A stretch of DNA of 49,631 bases, taken from contig JACQLN010000022.1 in the NCBI GenBank assembly GCA_016204035.1, forward strand, positions 1-49,631, written 5' to 3'. The position numbers were made by a program, and so were the translations under genes. The stretch comes from Parcubacteria group bacterium (GTDB lineage Bacteria > Patescibacteriota > Minisyncoccia > JACQLN01). Under the pieces are notes generated by a model. That model was not told the DNA's origin. It searched no databases and saw only the letters and a list, made by a program, of their open reading frames with translations. Below are positions 44,636 through 49,631 of the stretch, piece after piece; the stretch's first letter is position 1, and each line of letters starts with the position of its first letter.

Positions 44636-45730
44636 ATGAAAAACACCGCCGCCAGACCCCTCGCTATTTTTTTAACCAGTACCGCCATGTTGGTGTTGTT
44701 GGGTTTGGCCGTAATGACCAATGCTTCCATACCCCTTTCACAAGCCAATCACGGAGAAAGTTTTTATTACTTAAAACATCAAATAATTTACGGCCTGTTT
44801 TTGGGCCTTGCGGCTTTTTTCTTTTTTTTACGATTCAACCACAACCGCTTAAAAAAAATAGCTTTGCCGTTTTTATTTCTGGCTGTGATCCTTTTGGTTT
44901 TAGTCTTTGTGCCGCAAGTGGGCTACGAGGCCGGCGGAGCCAAAAGATGGATCAGCCTATTCGGTTTTTCCTTTCAGCCGTCGGAATTCGCCAAACTGGC
45001 CATAATCGTTTATTTGGCCAGCTGGCTGGAATCCAAAAAAGATAAAATCAAAAAACCGGTTATGCTGGTTCCGTTTCTTTTTTGGTTAGGGTTAATAGGC
45101 GGTTTGGTGCTTATAGAACCGGATATGGGCACGTTTTTAGTTATCTGCGCCATTGCTTTGGGCATGTATTTTGGCGCCGGAGCTAAAATAAAAACCTTGG
45201 CGGGATTATTTTTGATCGGAGCAGTTGTTTTAGCCACACTGATAGCGGTGGAACCGTACCGGCGGCAAAGATTAACGTCGTTTTTAAATCCCAGTTCCGA
45301 TGTTGCCGGCCAAGGTTATCAGCTTAATCAAGCCCTTATCACCATCGGGTCTGGCGGGGTTTTTGGTTTAGGTTTGGGCAAGGGCGTGCAAAAATACAGT
45401 TACTTGCCCGAAACCATAGGAGATTCGGTTTTTGCCATTGTCTCGGAAGAACTGGGTTTTGTCGGCGCCGTATCTGTGTTGCTGCTTTATCTGGTTTGGA
45501 TTTTAAGCGGCTTAAAAATCGCCTCCACGGCTGGCCATATCTACGGCGGATATTTGGTTTTGGGGGTGGTAGTTTGGATTGGGCTTCAAACTTTTATAAA
45601 CACGCTCGGCATTCTGGGCTTGATACCTTTTACCGGCATACCCTTGCCGTTTATCAGCTACGGCGGCAGCGCTCTCGCTATTGAACTCGCCGCCGTGGGC
45701 ATCGTGGCCAACGTGGCTCGCCGACGATAG
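44636..45730 (+). CDS. ftsW: SEDS family peptidoglycan glycosyltransferase FtsW
   Basis: GAKRWI, QPSEFAK, EPD.GT, GYQ..Q, YLPE...D, P.TG.PLPFISYGGS; located between mraY and murG. Confidence 0.93.
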   Translation: MKNTAARPLAIFLTSTAMLVLLGLAVMTNASIPLSQANHGESFYYLKHQIIYGLFLGLAAFFFFLRFNHNRLKKIALPFLFLAVILLVLVFVPQVGYEAGGAKRWISLFGFSFQPSEFAKLAIIVYLASWLESKKDKIKKPVMLVPFLFWLGLIGGLVLIEPDMGTFLVICAIALGMYFGAGAKIKTLAGLFLIGAVVLATLIAVEPYRRQRLTSFLNPSSDVAGQGYQLNQALITIGSGGVFGLGLGKGVQKYSYLPETIGDSVFAIVSEELGFVGAVSVLLLYLVWILSGLKIASTAGHIYGGYLVLGVVVWIGLQTFINTLGILGLIPFTGIPLPFISYGGSALAIELAAVGIVANVARRR

Positions 45731-45746
45731 AAAACGGTATAAAAAT

Positions 45747-45773
45747 CCTCCGCAGAGCAAAACTCTGCGGAGG
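45747..45773 (-). terminator. Hairpin downstream of the 188-aa gene
   Basis: 11-bp perfect stem CCTCCGCAGAG/CTCTGCGGAGG, followed by ATTTTT on the minus strand. Confidence 0.65.
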
Positions 45774-45786
45774 TAAATTGGCCAGC

Positions 45787-46353
45787 TTAGCTGGCCTTGT
45801 GGGGACGGAGCAACCGACAGCCGGAGCGGCGGAAGTCGCTCACAAGCCAGCCGAAGTCCAGACGCCACCGGCCGCCGCCCCAGACGAGGCACGGGACGCC
45901 ACGGCCGCCGCCGCCAAGCCGCCAGATGGTACCCGTGAACACCAACACGAATTTCCGGAGTTCTTCCGGAATCTCGTGCTGGTTCTCCAACAGGTACTCG
46001 GCATGCCTCTGGCCGAGGTTGGCGTGGAGTTCCTCGCGGCTCCGGCGCACCATCTCCTCGCCGCCGATGCAGTCCTTACCCTCTTTCAAAAAGGACACGG
46101 GTTCGAGATCGGCGACGGAAATGGGCCACGGCTCACACGCGTCCTCCAAGAGGGTCCAGCCCTCTTGGGACATGTCGCAGAGAAAGACGGATTCGGGCAT
46201 TTCACCGAAAAGCTTGGTGAGCCTGGCCGAGAGGATTTCTCTGGAACAGCTATTCCAAGCGCCCAAAACGTCCAAACTGATATCTCTAGGAAAATGCACC
46301 TGGATCCTCTGGGTCAACTCAAGGGTTGCCGCATTCAAGGCCTTATCGCTCAT
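45787..46353 (-). CDS. Hypothetical protein, probable DGR variable (target) protein
   Basis: Own TTGACA/TATACT promoter and SD; 3' end extremely adenine-poor with NNC codons. Confidence 0.7.
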   Translation of the reverse strand: MSDKALNAATLELTQRIQVHFPRDISLDVLGAWNSCSREILSARLTKLFGEMPESVFLCDMSQEGWTLLEDACEPWPISVADLEPVSFLKEGKDCIGGEEMVRRSREELHANLGQRHAEYLLENQHEIPEELRKFVLVFTGTIWRLGGGGRGVPCLVWGGGRWRLDFGWLVSDFRRSGCRLLRPHKAS

Positions 46354-46504
46354 AGCGATCCTTCCTTGTTTTTGGCTTTCTGATTATCCCACCGCTTTGG
46401 CGGGCTTCAGATGAGCCGATTTTTTAGGGTACTATGTTAAGTATAGCAAATAACTAAAACAGTGTCAAGTGCAACCGGTTGGTGAATAAGGTTATAATGA
46501 ACAC

Positions 46505-47587
46505 ATGAAAAAAATGCGGATACTGCTGTGCGGCGGGGGCACGGGCGGGCATGTTTTGCCGCTGGTGGCCGTGGCCCGGGCCGTTAAAAAAATAGCGCCG
46601 GAAACCGAAATATATTTTGCCGGACCGGAAGAATTCCCCTTAGACAGCTTGAGAGAAGAAGGTGTGATTGTTAAAAAAATAATTTCCGCCGGAAAATTGC
46701 GGCGGTATTTTTCGTGGCTTCATATTTGGGAATTGGTAAAACTGCCTTTGGCATTTTTACAGTCTTTTTTTGTGGTGAGTGTTATAAATCCCGACGTGGT
46801 TTTGGGCAAGGGCAGTTACGGCAGTATTCTGCCGGTTATGTGCGCCGAACTCTTGTTTAAGAAAATAATCATCCACGAATCCGACGCCGTGCCCGGCCTC
46901 GCCAACAGGTTTTTATCTTACATCACTGATAACATCGCCATGGCCTTTGAAGAAACCAAAAAATTCTTTCCCGATAAAAATGTTTATGTGGTCGGCAACC
47001 CGGTGCGACTTAAGTATTTGGAAATGAAGCCAAACGAAGCCGAAGAAATTTTAGGCGTTAAAACGCAAAAACCGATAATCTTCATCAGCGGGGGATCGCA
47101 AGGAGCCCAAAAAATAAACAAGGTTGTTTTAGAAGCATTGAATGAACTGACTCAAAAATATTTTGTGATCTGGAGCGCCGGCGGCGCCAACTATACAATT
47201 GTTCAACACTCAGTGTTGAACAATGAGAATGTAAAAATAGTTCCATTTCTAAACGAAAAAGAACTGGCGGCGGCTTATATATTGTGCGACGTAGCCCTGG
47301 GCCGGGCCGGCGCCGGCACTATTTTTGAACTCGCCGCTTTCGGCAAACCGGGTATTCTGATTCCTTTAGAAAGAAACGGCGGCGATCAGCCGATCAACGC
47401 CCAAGTTTACGCTCAAACCGGAGCCGCTGTTGTTCTAAAAGAATCTGAATTAAGCAAAACGGCGCTTTTGGAAAAAATAAGCCAGGCGTTAAACCAAAAA
47501 GACGAGTTGAGCCGAAACGCCCGAAAGTTTGCTAAAATAGAGGCAGCCGAACAGTTGGCGCAAATCTTATTGGATTTGGCCAATTAA
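46505..47587 (+). CDS. murG: Undecaprenyl-PP-MurNAc-pentapeptide GlcNAc transferase
   Basis: GGGTGGH..P, HES...PGLANR, GNPVR, GGSQGA, RAGAGT..E, DQ..NA. Confidence 0.96.
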   Translation: MKKMRILLCGGGTGGHVLPLVAVARAVKKIAPETEIYFAGPEEFPLDSLREEGVIVKKIISAGKLRRYFSWLHIWELVKLPLAFLQSFFVVSVINPDVVLGKGSYGSILPVMCAELLFKKIIIHESDAVPGLANRFLSYITDNIAMAFEETKKFFPDKNVYVVGNPVRLKYLEMKPNEAEEILGVKTQKPIIFISGGSQGAQKINKVVLEALNELTQKYFVIWSAGGANYTIVQHSVLNNENVKIVPFLNEKELAAAYILCDVALGRAGAGTIFELAAFGKPGILIPLERNGGDQPINAQVYAQTGAAVVLKESELSKTALLEKISQALNQKDELSRNARKFAKIEAAEQLAQILLDLAN

Positions 47588-47706
47588 CAAGTTTAGGAAA
47601 ATGAGTTTCCGTTTTCGCCGGCAAGTTTTGTTTGAGACGCAGTCTTCGGAGGCGAGTTAACTTGCCCAGAAAACGAAAACTCATAAGAATATAATCAAAA
47701 CTTAGA

Positions 47707-49086
47707 ATGAAAATAAAAACCCGCATCGCGCCCAGCCCCACCGGTTTATTCCACATCGGCAACGCCCGCACGGCTTTGTTCAGTTATTTGTTCGCCAAAA
47801 AAAATCACGGCGAGTTCTTGCTGCGCATAGAAGACACCGACATTGAACGCTCTAAGAAAGAATACGAAGACGACATTATAAACGGCTTAAGATGGCTGGG
47901 CATAATATGGGACGGCGAAATAATCCGCCAAAGAGACAGAGCGCCTAAGCACCGCGAATACTTGGAAAAACTCTTGGCCGAAAGCAAGGCCTTTTACTGC
48001 CGCCACACCCCCGCTGAGCTGGCGCAAGAACAGAAAAACCAAGAATTGGAAAAAATTCCCTTCCGGCACGACTGCCAGCACAAATACGATCCGGAGATCA
48101 GCGACGGAGTGATCCGCTTAAAAAATCCCGGCGGTAAAATTGTTTTTAAGGATTTAATAAGGGGCGAGCTTATTTTTGAAAGCGAATTATTGGGCGACCT
48201 GGTTTTAGCCAAAGACTTGAACACACCGCTTTATAATTTCGCGGTGGTGATTGACGACGCTGAAATGGAAATAACCCACGTTATTAGGGGAGATGATCAT
48301 CTTTCTAATACGCCCAAACAAATACTGACTCAAGAAGCTTTAGGTTTCAACCGGCCGGAATACGCGCATCTGCCGTTGATACTGGCCGCCGACCGATCCA
48401 AACTATCCAAAAGGCACGGCGGCACTTCCGTGACGGAATATAAAAATATGGGTTATCTGCCCCAGGCCCTGCTTAATTTTATGGCGCTTCTGGGCTGGCA
48501 CCCGGCCACCGATCAAGAGATATTCAGTCTGGAAGAATTGATACAAGAATTTGATTTGAACCGGGTGCAAAAAGCCGGCGCTGTTTTTGACAAAGAAAAA
48601 CTTGATTCCATAAACCGCCACTATATTAAACAGCTGGTGCCGGCCGAACTGGCTAAACACATCGCGCCCCATTTTATAGCATACAATCTTAACCCGGAAC
48701 AATTGATCAAAACGGCTCATTTATTTCAAGATCGTCTTAATAGATTTTCTGAAATTAAGGATCTGGCCGGTTTTTTATTTGACGCGCCTAAATACCAGCC
48801 CGAGTTGCTTAATTGGAAAAACTCTTCGGCCGGGGAAACCAAAAGCAATTTGGAAACCGCGCTGATGGTTTTGGAAAAACTCCCCATAGACTCGTTCAAT
48901 ATAGACACTATCACCACCGAACTGATGCCGGTAGCTAACAAAATCGGGCGGGGAGAGGTGTTGTGGCCCTTGCGGGTGGCCTTGTCGGGTTTGGATAAAT
49001 CCCCCAGTCCTTTTGAAATAATGGAAGTTTTAGGGAAAGCGGAATCAGTGGCTAGAATCAAAAAAGCCATAGATAAGATCAAATGA
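47707..49086 (+). CDS. gltX: Glutamate--tRNA ligase
   Basis: RIAPSPTG..HIGN.RTA, LRIEDTD, THVIRG.DH, KLSKR. Confidence 0.97.
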   Translation: MKIKTRIAPSPTGLFHIGNARTALFSYLFAKKNHGEFLLRIEDTDIERSKKEYEDDIINGLRWLGIIWDGEIIRQRDRAPKHREYLEKLLAESKAFYCRHTPAELAQEQKNQELEKIPFRHDCQHKYDPEISDGVIRLKNPGGKIVFKDLIRGELIFESELLGDLVLAKDLNTPLYNFAVVIDDAEMEITHVIRGDDHLSNTPKQILTQEALGFNRPEYAHLPLILAADRSKLSKRHGGTSVTEYKNMGYLPQALLNFMALLGWHPATDQEIFSLEELIQEFDLNRVQKAGAVFDKEKLDSINRHYIKQLVPAELAKHIAPHFIAYNLNPEQLIKTAHLFQDRLNRFSEIKDLAGFLFDAPKYQPELLNWKNSSAGETKSNLETALMVLEKLPIDSFNIDTITTELMPVANKIGRGEVLWPLRVALSGLDKSPSPFEIMEVLGKAESVARIKKAIDKIK

Positions 49087-49631
49087 TCAAATTAAAAAAA
49101 TTAAGACCAATTTTGGTTTTTTGGGCGCTGGCGGCAGCGCCGCTTTTTGCTTTTGCCGACCAGTTGGATGATTTAAGAACGGAAAAAGCAGGCCTGCAAT
49201 CCGAAATAGACGTTTTGGAAGCCAAAATAAACGAATACCAAAAAGAGCTGGGCAATAAAAGAGAAGAAATAAACACGCTTAAAAACGAAATTACCCGAAT
49301 CAACACCCAGATAAGCAAACTTAATCTGGAAATTAAAAAAACCGAAAACCAAATCTATCTTACCCGCATCAACATCCAAGAAACCGAAACCGATATTCAT
49401 GAAACCGAATTAAGCATTGTTGAAAAAAGAGAAGTGCTGGCCGGCTTATTAAGAGAGTTTCGCAAATTTGACGAAGAAACTCTTTTAGAAAGAGCCCTTA
49501 AATACGACACCCTGACCGAAGTGGTTAAGCAGACCGAATACTTGAATTCGCTTCAGCTAAAACTGAACGATGTTTTATCCGCCACTAAAACATTAAAAAA
49601 TAATCTGGAGAATAAAGAGGTTGTCTTGAAA
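49083..49631 (+). CDS. Secreted coiled-coil protein (PcsB/CwlO/M23-type cell-wall hydrolase N-terminus), truncated by the window end
   Basis: ATG 49083 overlaps the gltX stop; MIKLKKLRPILVFWALAAAPLFAFADQLDDL... signal peptide then heptad coiled coil, open to the window end. Confidence 0.75.
   Translation, partial: MIKLKKLRPILVFWALAAAPLFAFADQLDDLRTEKAGLQSEIDVLEAKINEYQKELGNKREEINTLKNEITRINTQISKLNLEIKKTENQIYLTRINIQETETDIHETELSIVEKREVLAGLLREFRKFDEETLLERALKYDTLTEVVKQTEYLNSLQLKLNDVLSATKTLKNNLENKEVVLK

Noticed and set aside
45778..46414. Two plus-strand ORFs of about 200 aa
   Set aside because: Explained by T-poor plus-strand composition (few stops); promoter, SD and terminator all support the minus-strand gene

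Overview
A 49.6-kb bacterial chromosomal segment in genetic code 11 (TGA is used as a stop). The gene content and style (short AspRS, PaaX/Cas2-fold regulator, many promoter-proximal starts without Shine-Dalgarno) suggest Patescibacteria/CPR (Parcubacteria-like); this is an inference. The housekeeping backbone comprises a MacAB-like ABC exporter, FemABX, DEAD helicase, obgE, dnaX, a metal ABC transporter, fmt/def, aspS, scpAB, a DD-carboxypeptidase, mraY, ftsW, murG and gltX. Accessory material is interspersed. Main observations: (1) a tRNA-Gln gene broken by four related 'YTTR + hairpin' insertions, the largest holding a GIY-YIG nuclease ORF exactly in its loop, with an intact tRNA-Gln inside that ORF; (2) a GC-richer TerY-P-like operon (PP2C, kinase, vWA) containing a nicotinamidase, with a divergent nicotinate phosphoribosyltransferase; (3) a family of structured intergenic and in-frame repeats sharing a covarying tandem-GA motif; (4) gene-end duplications at macB, dnaX and scpA marking insertions with no integrase; (5) a probable DGR variable-region target gene; (6) a NUDIX-HEPN fusion in a toxin/defence-like cluster. 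All calls come from reading motifs by eye; no database searches were run.
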